Positions 9,929-19,029 of a stretch of 64,000 nt of DNA are shown piece by piece. Source of the DNA: an uncultured Nitrososphaerota archaeon (GTDB lineage: Archaea; Korarchaeota; Korarchaeia; Korarchaeales; Korarchaeaceae); NCBI GenBank assembly GCA_964594835.1, contig CAZQNA010000004.1, positions 96,001 to 160,000 on the forward strand, read 5' to 3'. The notes under the pieces are model-generated. The model did no database searches. It saw nothing but the letters and a program-made list of their open reading frames with translations, and was not told the DNA's origin. The translations under genes were made by a program, and so were the position numbers. Position 1 is the stretch's first letter, and each line of letters opens with the position of its first letter.

Positions 9929-10471
9929 CTAATTTACTTGCCTCACCCTGCTCCCCAGCGCCCTCCTCACCCTGTCCTGGGTGGCCGCCCTCGAAGTCGG
10001 CTTGTACATCAGGTATGCGTCCTCGCCGTCGGCGTAGTAGAGAGGTATGACCCCCAGAACGTCGTAGCCGATCTTCCTGTAGAGGGAGACAGCGGGGCGG
10101 TTGGACACCCTCACCTCCAGGTACATTAGGTCGATGCCCCTCTCCTCCACCAGGTTCCTCTCGGCCTGCAGCATGAGCCTCGTCCCTATTCCCCTCCTCC
10201 TGTGGGCCCTGTCCACCGCGACCGAGAGGACGTGACCCATCCGAAGGGTCACGTCGTCCGTGAACCTCGTCTCGACCCTGCACATTATGTAGCCCACCAC
10301 CCCCCCGCCGGGACCCTCGGCGACGAGGAAGCCCTCGGGGCACCTCCTGTAGTTCTCCACGAAGAAGTAGGAGGGGTAGTTCTCGGGGAGGAAGACCCTG
10401 TTCAGCCTGACCACGCTGCTCAGGTCCTCTGAAGGGTCGAAGCGGCGTATCCTGTACTCGCCCCCCTCCAA
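9929..10471 (-). CDS. RimI/Ard1-type N-terminal acetyltransferase (GNAT)
   Basis: LPENY, VGYIMCRVE, GHVLSVAV, RRRGIG, LEVRVSN, YYADGEDAY. Confidence 0.92.
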   Translation of the reverse strand: MEGGEYRIRRFDPSEDLSSVVRLNRVFLPENYPSYFFVENYRRCPEGFLVAEGPGGGVVGYIMCRVETRFTDDVTLRMGHVLSVAVDRAHRRRGIGTRLMLQAERNLVEERGIDLMYLEVRVSNRPAVSLYRKIGYDVLGVIPLYYADGEDAYLMYKPTSRAATQDRVRRALGSRVRQVN

Positions 10472-10541
10472 CGGATCCCCTCACCCCGCCGCATCCTGCG
10501 ACATTTTTAACCCCCCACGCGGGCGATGTATCGGAAAGGCG

Positions 10542-11642
10542 ATGTTCGAGCCCCTCTTCGACGATCCGATCAGGGCCGTGTCGAAGCACTTCCAGGTCCT
10601 GGACGTCAGGGAGGTCGGAGGAGGATACGACTTCCTCGTGACCCCCCTCCCGGGATCCGACGTGAAGAGCGAGTTTCGACTCCTCGTGAACGATCTGAGC
10701 GACATGGACATGCTGCCCAAGCTGGTTCGCTCCAGGGAGGGCCCCTACCTCCTGCTGGTCAGGAGGATCAGGAGGCCGGGGCCGCTTGCGGCCTGGAAGA
10801 GCCTCCTCTCCCTAGCGGTGAGCGCCGCCACAGTCTGGATCAGCGGCTCGATGCTGTCCTCCAGCTTCAGGGACCTCGTGACCAGGGTGGACGTCCAGTT
10901 CATCAGCGAGCTCGGGAGGTCCATGAGGCTCATCGACCCGATCTTCTTCGTCATCCCCCTGTTCGCCATCCTGGGGATCCACGAGTTCGGCCACATGCTG
11001 GCGACCCGCAGGTGGGGCGGGGAGTGGGAGCCCCCCGTGTTCATTCCGGGCCCGCCGCCGCTGGGCACATTCGGGGCCGTGATAAGGAGCGCCAAGGTCC
11101 CCGTGAACCGGGACGAGGTGTTCGACATGGGCCTGTCCGGCCCGATCTCTGGCTTCATACCCGCCGTCGCCGTGACCGTCCTGGGTCTCCTGACCTCGCC
11201 GGTCCTCCCCTCAGAGGTCGCAGTTCAGCTGTCCAAGCAGGAGGGCCTTCAGTTCGTCCCCACGCCCCTCCTCTTCGGACTCATCCAGAGGGGCCTGTCG
11301 GTCCCGGAGGGAACAGCCGTCATAATGTCCCCGATAGCCTTTGCCGGTTGGGCGGGCCTAATACTGACGTTTCTAAACCTCCTACCGGCGGGTCAGCTCG
11401 ATGGGGGGCACGTGGTGTACGCGCTGGTCCCTAACGCCAGGCTAAGGTCAGTCCTGGGCCTCACGGCGGTCCTCGTCGCGATGCTCTACAGCCCCTTCAT
11501 GGCGCTCCTCGTCGCCCTGTTCACCTTCACAAGGCACCCTCCGCCCCTGGACGAGGTCAGCCCCCTGTCCACGTCCAGGAAGGTGGCGGGACTCGCGATC
11601 TACCTGGCGGTCCTCCTGCTCACGGCCCCGGTTCCCCTGTGA
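10542..11642 (+). CDS. Site-2 protease (M50 intramembrane zinc metalloprotease)
   Basis: HEFGH, GTFGAVI, NLLPAGQLDGGH; several TM segments. Confidence 0.92.
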   Translation: MFEPLFDDPIRAVSKHFQVLDVREVGGGYDFLVTPLPGSDVKSEFRLLVNDLSDMDMLPKLVRSREGPYLLLVRRIRRPGPLAAWKSLLSLAVSAATVWISGSMLSSSFRDLVTRVDVQFISELGRSMRLIDPIFFVIPLFAILGIHEFGHMLATRRWGGEWEPPVFIPGPPPLGTFGAVIRSAKVPVNRDEVFDMGLSGPISGFIPAVAVTVLGLLTSPVLPSEVAVQLSKQEGLQFVPTPLLFGLIQRGLSVPEGTAVIMSPIAFAGWAGLILTFLNLLPAGQLDGGHVVYALVPNARLRSVLGLTAVLVAMLYSPFMALLVALFTFTRHPPPLDEVSPLSTSRKVAGLAIYLAVLLLTAPVPL

Positions 11643-12099
11643 CTCCGGGCGCGGGGTCGAAGCGCGGGGCCGCGATGCCCCTCCTCAGACTCTCCTCCAT
11701 CATGCAGACGCCCCATACCACCTTCATTCCGGCCCTCAAGCAGGTCAGGATTGCCTCCTCGTCCTCAGATCCCGGCTGGAACCAGATCCTCTCCAGACCA
11801 AGCCTGACCGCCTCCGACGCAACGCTCCGGCTCACCTCGGGAGGGACCACGACGTTGACCACGTCGGGCCTCTCCGGGAGGCTGCCCAGCGAGGGGTAGG
11901 CCCTGTCACCGTCTATGGAATCGGCCCTCGGGTTCACGGGGTAGACCCTCCTGTACCCGGCCTCCTTGAAGAATCTGTACAGCCTGTAGCCCCACTTCTC
12001 CGGGTTTCTGGATGCCCCCACCACGGCCACGACGTTGTTCACGTTCAAGAAATCGTCTAGGAGCTCTGAGAGGTTCTCTGGAATGCGGGGGAGTCCCAT
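11620..12099 (-). CDS. CoA-binding domain protein (YccU-like)
   Basis: VAVVGASRNPEKWG, YPVNP, WFQPGS, GVCMM. ATG 12099 chosen because the longer ORF overlaps rps25e. Confidence 0.88.
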   Translation of the reverse strand: MGLPRIPENLSELLDDFLNVNNVVAVVGASRNPEKWGYRLYRFFKEAGYRRVYPVNPRADSIDGDRAYPSLGSLPERPDVVNVVVPPEVSRSVASEAVRLGLERIWFQPGSEDEEAILTCLRAGMKVVWGVCMMEESLRRGIAAPRFDPAPGVTGEPGP

Positions 12100-12193
12100 T
12101 TTCGGCTCCCGTCCCGGGCTGGGACGGCGGGTATATAAGCGGATCGGCTCCGCAAACCTCATATAGGCGGGGCGGGGGACCTCACCGATCGGC

Positions 12194-12433
12194 ATGAGTT
12201 CGCAGGTCGCGGAGAAGAAGGTGCGGGCCCCGGACGTCACTCCAGAGCTCCTAGAGGAGATAAAGAAGTACGTCCAGCGGGCGAAGGTCGTCACTCCCCA
12301 GTCGCTGGCGATCAAGTACGACGTAAGGGTCAGCGTGGCCAAGAGGCTCCTCCGTCAGTTTGAGAGGGACGGGCTGGTCGTCTACGTGGATGGAAACTCC
12401 AAGCTCAGGATATACCGGGGCGCCAAGGCGTAG
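12194..12433 (+). CDS. rps25e: Ribosomal protein eS25
   Basis: KVVTPQSLAIKYDVRVSVAKRLLR...RIY; small basic wHTH protein. Confidence 0.88.
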   Translation: MSSQVAEKKVRAPDVTPELLEEIKKYVQRAKVVTPQSLAIKYDVRVSVAKRLLRQFERDGLVVYVDGNSKLRIYRGAKA

Positions 12434-12516
12434 GGCCGGGCCCCGACCTGGGGCGAGTTTTTTATGGAGCCCAGCCCAATACCATAGGCAGGCCCCGCTT
12501 TTTCGCCGCCCGGGAG

Positions 12517-12918
12517 GTGTGGGGGCTGGTTGAGTCAGTTGAGAGCTACTTGGTAGAGGTTGCGATGCCCTCCGGCACAGCTGAGGTGGAGATAAAGAGG
12601 CACCTGTCGCCTCTGACCGCCGAGAGGCTGTACAGGAGTCTGCCGAAGAGTGCTCTGGTGGTCAGGGACGGTCCGAAGGTCTACCTCTTCGTCGAGATGA
12701 CCGCCAAGCTCGAGAAGGGCAGGAGGGAGCTTCGCAGGGGAGACGTGGCGTTCGTGCCCTCCAAGGGAGCCCTCCTAATAGCCCTCCGGAGGATGAGGCT
12801 CCCCTCCCCGGTGCTGATCCTGGGTGAGGTCGTGTCGGGCCTTGAGGTCCTTGAGTCGGCGGTGACCGGACAGACCGCCGAGGTTAGGAGGAAGGAGAAC
12901 CGTGATGAGGGGAGTTGA
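12517..12918 (+). CDS. Cyclophilin-like fold protein (TM1367/DUF369-like)
   Basis: RHLSPLTAERLYRSLP, RRGDVAFVP, ILGEVVSGLE pattern. Confidence 0.65.
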   Translation: MWGLVESVESYLVEVAMPSGTAEVEIKRHLSPLTAERLYRSLPKSALVVRDGPKVYLFVEMTAKLEKGRRELRRGDVAFVPSKGALLIALRRMRLPSPVLILGEVVSGLEVLESAVTGQTAEVRRKENRDEGS

Positions 12919-13603
12919 GGCCATAGGCTGGGTGCTGGAGGAGCCGAACTCCTTCTACCTGAGGCTGCCGTCCTGCGTGCTCCTGAACCTCGAGTCGCGC
13001 CTGGTCCTTGTGGATCCGGGGTCCACCCTGTCCCGAGAGGAGCTGGAGGCCATAGACAGGCTGGACGTCGTGGCGGTGACGCAGGACAGGAGGGATCACT
13101 ACAGCAGGGACGCGGTCGTGCACCTCGCCAGGCGAACGGACGCCGCCGTGGTGACGAACAAGGCCGTGTTCAAGGACCTCAGGAGGCTCGTCCCGGATGA
13201 GAACATCGCGAGGCTCAGGCCGGGGGAGTCGGTCGACCTGGACGGGCTGAGGATTCACGCCCTGAGGGCAGTCCACCCCGGGCTCAACCCGCTCGTCCTC
13301 CTGATCGAGACCGACGGACTGGCCGCGTTTCACGGGTCTGGATCTGCGTACTCCTCCGCGTTCAGGGCGTTCTCTCCAGTCGACATTGCGTTCGTCCCCG
13401 TTGGCGGGACCTCACCAACGGCGAGCGTGAACGACGCCATAAGGATGGCCAGGATCCTCAGCGCGACCGTCGCGGTCCCGATCAACGGGAGCGAGGGAGA
13501 GCTCACCACCTTCGTGGAGAGGGCCAGGAAGGCCCTTCCCGGAGTGAGGGTGATCCTGCCGGAGGACGGCGCAGCCTACAGGATCCGGCTACAGCCGGCC
13601 TGA
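12902..13603 (+). CDS. MBL-fold hydrolase-like protein with degenerate metal ligands
   Basis: VLVDP, VTQDRRDH (HxHxDH position), DIAFVPVGG; UlaG/UPF0173-like layout. Confidence 0.7.
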   Translation: MMRGVEAIGWVLEEPNSFYLRLPSCVLLNLESRLVLVDPGSTLSREELEAIDRLDVVAVTQDRRDHYSRDAVVHLARRTDAAVVTNKAVFKDLRRLVPDENIARLRPGESVDLDGLRIHALRAVHPGLNPLVLLIETDGLAAFHGSGSAYSSAFRAFSPVDIAFVPVGGTSPTASVNDAIRMARILSATVAVPINGSEGELTTFVERARKALPGVRVILPEDGAAYRIRLQPA

Positions 13604-14569
13604 CACGGAGTCCCAGCCGCCCTCTCTCAGCCCGATCAGCTCGCCCTCTCGCTCCAGGAACACCCCCTCTCCCGCCTCCACCCTGCCGATCCTGATGAGC
13701 CTGTACCCCCTGGAGCTGAGTTCCCGCTCGACAGAGTCGTAACTCTCCGGATCCACCGTCACGACCAGGTGAAACTCCTCGCCCCCGTAGAACACCGCCT
13801 CCACCGGGTCCACCCCACCCGCCGACGCGAGGCCGGCGAGCCGCGGGTCCAGCGGGGGTTCGTCCACGATCACCCTGACCCCGCTGGCCCTGGCAATGGA
13901 GTTCAGCGTCTTGAACAGGCCGTCGCTGCTGTCGGCCGAGGCCGTGACTCCCTCCATGGACCCGAGGAGGATCCCCTCGCCTATGGACGCCCTCGGCTCG
14001 TAGACTGCCCTTAGGGCCTCCACCCTGATGGGCTCCGGGACCTCCATGCGGCCGAGGGCCACCCGATAGCCGATCCAAGTCCAGCCGAACGTCCCCGTCA
14101 CGGCGATCAGGTCTCCCACCCTGGCGCCGGCCCGCGGTATGACCCGCCCGGCGGCCCTCCCAACCCCGACGCCCGTCAGGACTATCTCGGTAGAGGAGTC
14201 CACGTCGCCCCCCAAGAGCTGAGCCCCAACTTCCTCCAGCCCCCACTCTATCCCGCGGGCCACCTCCTCAAGATCCTCTCCACTGAACGTGCTGGGAACG
14301 CACATTGAGAGGAAGAAGTAGTCGGGCCTGGCCCCCTTGGCCGCGACGTCAGAGAAGGTCTGCACGACCACCTTCCTGGCCAGCCTGCGGAGGCCCATTC
14401 CGGGCAGGAGATCGGCGCCGCGCGTCACGGTGTCCACATTCACAACGTAGGTCCCGTCAAGCCTCACGGCAGAGGCGTCGTCTATCCCTATGGGAAGGAG
14501 GCCACCCCTGGCGGCCTGTTTGATCGATGCCAGCCTGGAGATTATCTCGCCCTCGCTCAAGCCCTCCAC
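13589..14569 (-). CDS. thiL: Thiamine-monophosphate kinase
   Basis: GIDDAS, SDVAAKGARP, LLGGD, DSSDGL, GGEEFHL. GTG 14569 follows a GGTGA SD. Confidence 0.9.
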   Translation of the reverse strand: MEGLSEGEIISRLASIKQAARGGLLPIGIDDASAVRLDGTYVVNVDTVTRGADLLPGMGLRRLARKVVVQTFSDVAAKGARPDYFFLSMCVPSTFSGEDLEEVARGIEWGLEEVGAQLLGGDVDSSTEIVLTGVGVGRAAGRVIPRAGARVGDLIAVTGTFGWTWIGYRVALGRMEVPEPIRVEALRAVYEPRASIGEGILLGSMEGVTASADSSDGLFKTLNSIARASGVRVIVDEPPLDPRLAGLASAGGVDPVEAVFYGGEEFHLVVTVDPESYDSVERELSSRGYRLIRIGRVEAGEGVFLEREGELIGLREGGWDSVSGRL

Positions 14570-14639
14570 AGGATCACCGCGTGCGGTAGCAGCTAAAGAT
14601 TTTGAGCACTTCGCGCGGCCGCCGCGCCGGTGTCTCGCT

Positions 14640-15977
14640 ATGGGTGAGCGGGTTCGGCGAGTCGTCATCATGGGGGCCGCCGGCAGGGACTTCCACAACT
14701 TCAACGTCTTCTTCAGGGACAATCCGGATTACAGGGTCGTCGCCTTCACCGCGGCCCAGCTCCCCGACATCTGGGGGAGGAAGTACCCGCCCGAGCTGGC
14801 CGGCAGCCTCTACCCCGACGGAATCCCGATCCTGAGGGAGGAGGACCTTCCCGAGATAGTTAGGAGGGAGAAGGTCGACCTCGTGGTGTTCTCCTACAGC
14901 GACGTGTCCCACCAGTACCTCATGGAGAGGGCGGCCATAGCCCAGGCCGCGGGCGCGGACTTCATGCTACTCGGCCCGGAGAGCACCATGCTCAAGTCGA
15001 ACAGGCCCGTCATAGCCGTGACGGCCGTCAGGACGGGCGCCGGAAAGAGCCCCACCAGCAGGAGGGTCGCCGCCATTCTGAAGGAGAGGGGGCTCCGGGT
15101 CGCGGTGATAAGGCACCCGATGCCCTACGGTGACCTGAGGAAGCAGATAGTTCAGAGGTTCGCCTCTCTGGAGGACCTCGACAGGCACGAGTGCACCATC
15201 GAGGAGAGGGAGGACTACGAGCCCCACATCAAGATGGGCAACGTCGTGTTCGCAGGGGTGGACTACGAGAAGATCCTGAGGGAGGCCGAGAAGGAGGCGG
15301 ACGTGATACTGTGGGACGGCGGCAACAACGACTTCCCGTTCTACGTCCCGGACCTCTGGATCACAGTGGCCGACCCTCTGAGGGCCGGGCACGAACTCAC
15401 CTACTGGCCGGGCTCCGTCAACGTCAGGGCCGCTGACGTGGTCATAATCAGCAAGGAGAACGTGGCCGGCGCCGACCAGATCGAGTGCGTCAGGAGCAAC
15501 GTGATGAGGGTCAACCCGGGGGCGACGGTGATCGAGGCGGCCATGCCCTTGACGGTCGACGCGCCCGAGCTGATCAAGGGGAAGAGGGTCTTGGTGGTCG
15601 AGGACGGCCCCACGGTCACCCACGGGGAGATGGGCTACGGCGCAGGCTACATGGCCGCCAGGAGATTTGGGGCTGCCGAGATAGTCGATCCAAGGCCCTA
15701 CGCCGTCGGCTCCATCAGGGAGACCTACCAGAAGTACACCCACCTGGGACCGGTGCTGCCGGCCGTCGGCTACAGCGACTGCCAGATGAGGGAGCTGGAG
15801 GAGACGATAAACAACGCCAACGCGGACTCGGTCATCCTGGGAACCCCGACGGACCTCAGCAGGTACCTCCGGATAGACAAGCCCGCGGTTCACGTGAGAT
15901 ACGAGCTTCAGGAGATCGGCAGGCCGAACCTGGAGGACGTGATCGACGAGTTCCTCTCGAGGGTGGGCCTGAGGTGA
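14640..15977 (+). CDS. COG2403 P-loop protein (cDPG synthetase-like / arginine synthetase ArcE-like)
   Basis: GAAGRDFHNFN, AVRTGAGKS, RHPMPYG, TIEEREDYE, WDGGNND, EDGPTVTHG. Confidence 0.85.
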   Translation: MGERVRRVVIMGAAGRDFHNFNVFFRDNPDYRVVAFTAAQLPDIWGRKYPPELAGSLYPDGIPILREEDLPEIVRREKVDLVVFSYSDVSHQYLMERAAIAQAAGADFMLLGPESTMLKSNRPVIAVTAVRTGAGKSPTSRRVAAILKERGLRVAVIRHPMPYGDLRKQIVQRFASLEDLDRHECTIEEREDYEPHIKMGNVVFAGVDYEKILREAEKEADVILWDGGNNDFPFYVPDLWITVADPLRAGHELTYWPGSVNVRAADVVIISKENVAGADQIECVRSNVMRVNPGATVIEAAMPLTVDAPELIKGKRVLVVEDGPTVTHGEMGYGAGYMAARRFGAAEIVDPRPYAVGSIRETYQKYTHLGPVLPAVGYSDCQMRELEETINNANADSVILGTPTDLSRYLRIDKPAVHVRYELQEIGRPNLEDVIDEFLSRVGLR

Positions 15978-16756
15978 GCCGGTTGGAGGGCGAGAGGGAG
16001 CTTCGGATCTGGCGTCTCACCTGGCCGGAGTTCGCGAACCTGCTGGGGGACACGGACCTGGTCATACTCCCGGTGGGGGTCGTCGAGGCCCACGGCCCCC
16101 ACCTCCCCCTCGGCACCGACTTCATGCTCCCCGAGAGGCTGGCGCTGGACCTGGCGCCCAAGCTCAACGCGGCCGTGGCGCCGGCGATTCCGTACGGGGT
16201 TGTGGGCTCCCTCTCGGCCTATCCCGGCACCATGGGGATCTCCCAGTCGACCTTAGAGTCCCTTCTGTTCGATGTCCTCAGGGGGCTGGCGGAGAACGGC
16301 TTCGAGAGGGTGATCCTGATCAACGGGCACGGGGGGTCCGAGCACGTCGCGGCCCTCAAGTCCGCGACTAGGCGCGCGTGGAGGGAGCTGGGCGTGAGGA
16401 CCGCCGTTGTCCACTGGTGGATCTACGCCGAGGGTCTCGCCAGGGAGTCGATCGGCGGAGGCCACGCGGCGGGGGTGGAGGCCGCAGCCGTGATGGCCAC
16501 TTACCCAGAACTCGTGAAGACCCGCAGCCCGGCTGCGAGGGAGGTGTACAGGGTGCGGGAGGGAATAGAGCCCTTCCCGGCCCCCGGGTCCGTCCTCCTG
16601 TACAGGGACCAGCCTGCCGACGTCCCGGACGAGGGGGTGTCCCGCGAGTTCTACTCCAAGCTCCTGGACAGCCTGACCGCCGAGCTGGGGCGGATCCTCG
16701 GCGGTTGGGACTACCAGGAGATTCCGATCGGTGAGGGGCTTGAGGAAGAGGGCTAA
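15974..16756 (+). CDS. Creatininase/amidohydrolase family protein
   Basis: PVGVVEAHGPHLPLGTD, NGHGG, GGHAAGVE; GTGA overlap with the upstream stop. Confidence 0.9.
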   Translation: MSRLEGERELRIWRLTWPEFANLLGDTDLVILPVGVVEAHGPHLPLGTDFMLPERLALDLAPKLNAAVAPAIPYGVVGSLSAYPGTMGISQSTLESLLFDVLRGLAENGFERVILINGHGGSEHVAALKSATRRAWRELGVRTAVVHWWIYAEGLARESIGGGHAAGVEAAAVMATYPELVKTRSPAAREVYRVREGIEPFPAPGSVLLYRDQPADVPDEGVSREFYSKLLDSLTAELGRILGGWDYQEIPIGEGLEEEG

Positions 16757-18125
16757 GATCGTCGCCACCCTCGGCCCGGCGTCGTCGAACGAGGACACCG
16801 TGGCTGCGATGATGAGGGCCGGAGCTGACGCCTTCAGGGTGAACTTCTCTCACGGGAGCGAGGAGGACTGGAGGGCCTACGCCAGATCCGTCAGGGCCGC
16901 CGAGCGGAGGCTGGGCAGATGGGCGGCGCTGATAGGGGACCTCACCGGCCCCTCCGTCAGGCTTGGCGAGATGAGCAAGCCCATCTACGTGAAGAGGGGG
17001 GAGGTCCTGGAGCTCAGGATGGCCCAGCGGTCGGACGGGGGCTTCGTCCCGGTGCCCGTGAGGGAGTTCTTCGACGGGGTGGAGGAGGGCGACGAGCTCC
17101 TCGTTGACGAGGGGAGGGTCAGGCTCAGGGTGATGGAGGTGGGCCTGGACCTGGTGAGGGCGCAGGCCGTGGTCGACGGGGTTGTGAAGCCGAAGAAGAG
17201 CCTGGCCATATTCGGGAAGGAGCTTGACATACCGACCTTCACGGAGAGGGACGCTCGCTGCGCGGAGTTCGCCGTTGAGCAGGGCTTCGACTACCTCGCC
17301 ATGAGCTTCGTGCGGTCGGGCTCAGACGTCAGGCTCCTCAGGGACTTCCTCTCCGGGAGAGGCGGGGACGACGTGAGGATCATATCGAAGATAGAGACGA
17401 GGGCCGGGGTGGAGAGGCTCGAGGACATCGCGAGGGAGTCGGATGCCATAATGGTCGCCAGGGGGGACCTGGGGAACTTCTTCCCCCTGGAGGACATCCC
17501 CGGACTTCAGAGGGAGATAATCGGGAAGTCTCTGTCCATGGGGAGGCCGGTCATCATCGCAACCCAGCTCCTGGAGAGCCTGATGTACAGCCCGGTGCCC
17601 ACGAGGAGCGAGGTGGTCGACGTCATGGTGGCCGTGCGGGAGGGCGTCGACGCCCTCATGCTGGCCGGCGAGACCGCGGCCGGGAGCTACCCGGTTGAGG
17701 CCGTGAGGTGGATGAGGAGGATCGTGGAGAGGGCCGAGCACGGGCGCCCCCCCGCCAGGGTGTCCGAGGGGGCAGAGAGCCTATACGACAGGTTTGCGAG
17801 GGGCATCGCACTGCTGGCAGAGAGCCTGGGGGCGAAAATAGCCGTATACACGAGGAGCGGGAGGACTGCGGCCAGGATATCGAGGTACAGGCCCATGACG
17901 GCCATCTACGCTGGATCCCCGAGCCAGCGCGTGGCCAGGCAGCTCTCAGTCCTGTGGGGCGTGTCTCCCATGGTCTTAGATGGTTCTTCGGGGAGAGAGG
18001 AGGCCCTGGAGGCCCTCTTATCGAGACTCCGCGAGATCCGCGAGGTGTCGTTTGGCGACATAGTCGTGGTCGCCTATGGAATCAGAGAGGGGGCAACGGA
18101 GGTAGTCAGGATAGTCCAGGTGTGA
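16740..18125 (+). CDS. pyk: Pyruvate kinase
   Basis: KIVATLGPAS, RVNFSHG, SKIET, MVARGDLG, ATQLLES, PTRSEV, ML-GETA. Confidence 0.95.
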   Translation: MRKRAKIVATLGPASSNEDTVAAMMRAGADAFRVNFSHGSEEDWRAYARSVRAAERRLGRWAALIGDLTGPSVRLGEMSKPIYVKRGEVLELRMAQRSDGGFVPVPVREFFDGVEEGDELLVDEGRVRLRVMEVGLDLVRAQAVVDGVVKPKKSLAIFGKELDIPTFTERDARCAEFAVEQGFDYLAMSFVRSGSDVRLLRDFLSGRGGDDVRIISKIETRAGVERLEDIARESDAIMVARGDLGNFFPLEDIPGLQREIIGKSLSMGRPVIIATQLLESLMYSPVPTRSEVVDVMVAVREGVDALMLAGETAAGSYPVEAVRWMRRIVERAEHGRPPARVSEGAESLYDRFARGIALLAESLGAKIAVYTRSGRTAARISRYRPMTAIYAGSPSQRVARQLSVLWGVSPMVLDGSSGREEALEALLSRLREIREVSFGDIVVVAYGIREGATEVVRIVQV

Positions 18126-18720
18126 TCCGCCCGAACAGGCCTCGGAGGATAATTATCCAAAACCACCGTTGTGGGGCCATCTCGAGCGTAGGATAGCTCT
18201 CCAACGGGATAAGATGGCATATATCTGTTCGTATGATTAATTTCCTTCAGCGCCTCCAGGGACGGATCGATCGGCCCGGCGGCTCTGGTTCGAGCCTCAA
18301 ACCATTAGTCGATCGACGTAATTACTCGGCCGACGGTGTTAAGGATGAGATCGGTGAGTTGGATTGAGACGACCCGAGTCGGTGACTCGACCGCCATGGG
18401 GCGCCCCTAGAGTGGGTTGAATAACTCAACCAGTTAACGGGCGATTAACGCTTTTTTGACCTTTAAATTCTCCCATATATTGGATATTAGTCTACCAAGA
18501 TGTCCGATTAAGCCTTCGCAATGTGTTCGCGCCAGAGAGCACTCGGAATCACGAGTCGATTCCGGTGTGAAGACCTGGGCCCAAGCGGCCAACCCCCTAT
18601 TTTGCAATTGACGATTAGAACTGCCTTCGGGAGCACTATCAGAAGAGCTTAAATATAGCAGTCCCTCTTACTGATCAGGCCCCGTGTGAACGGGGTCAAG
18701 GTGTGACAGGATATAGGGGG
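18126..18720. other. Low-GC, palindrome-rich intergenic island (regulatory region, origin or ncRNA candidate)
   Basis: By far the longest non-coding gap in the window; visibly more AT-rich than its flanks, with many inverted repeats. Confidence 0.5.
18648..18658 (+). promoter_or_regulatory. Probable TATA box of the histone gene
   Basis: CTTAAATATAG preceded by a purine-rich BRE-like AGAAGAG, about 70 bp upstream of the ATG. Confidence 0.5.
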
Positions 18721-18729
18721 TGTATGTAT

Positions 18730-18960
18730 ATGCCTCAGAGGTCTGCCAAGCACCTGCCCCTGGCTCCGGTCTACCGGATAATCAAGGAGGCCGGCGCCGA
18801 GAGGGTGAGCGACGCCGCCAAGGAGAGGCTCGCCTACTACCTCGAGAAGTTCGGGTCCGAGGTCGCCAAGTACGCGGCCGACCTCGCCCGGCACGCCAAG
18901 AGGAAGACCGTCACCGACAGGGACATCGAGCTGGCCGTGGAGGCCGTCTGGAAGAAGTAA
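18730..18960 (+). CDS. Archaeal histone (HMf/HTk family)
   Basis: LPLAPVYRIIKEAGAERVS...ARHAKRKTVTDRDIELA histone-fold signature. ATG 18730; alternative 18724. Confidence 0.95.
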   Translation: MPQRSAKHLPLAPVYRIIKEAGAERVSDAAKERLAYYLEKFGSEVAKYAADLARHAKRKTVTDRDIELAVEAVWKK

Positions 18961-18973
18961 GCCGGCCTCCAAC

Positions 18974-18993
18974 CCTCCTTCTCTTTTTTCTTG
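18974..18993 (+). terminator. U-rich intrinsic terminator after the histone gene
   Basis: Pyrimidine tract CCTTCTCTTTTTTCTT just past the stop codon. Confidence 0.5.
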
Positions 18994-19029
18994 CCCTGGC
19001 GGGCTCCTTCAGCGAAAAGGCAGGTTGGA

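Noticed and set aside
18074-18397. Minus-strand frame MAVESPTRVV...SID* continuing open after one TAA
   Set aside because: No homology recognised, atypical codon use, and it runs antisense into pyk; not enough to call a pseudogene.
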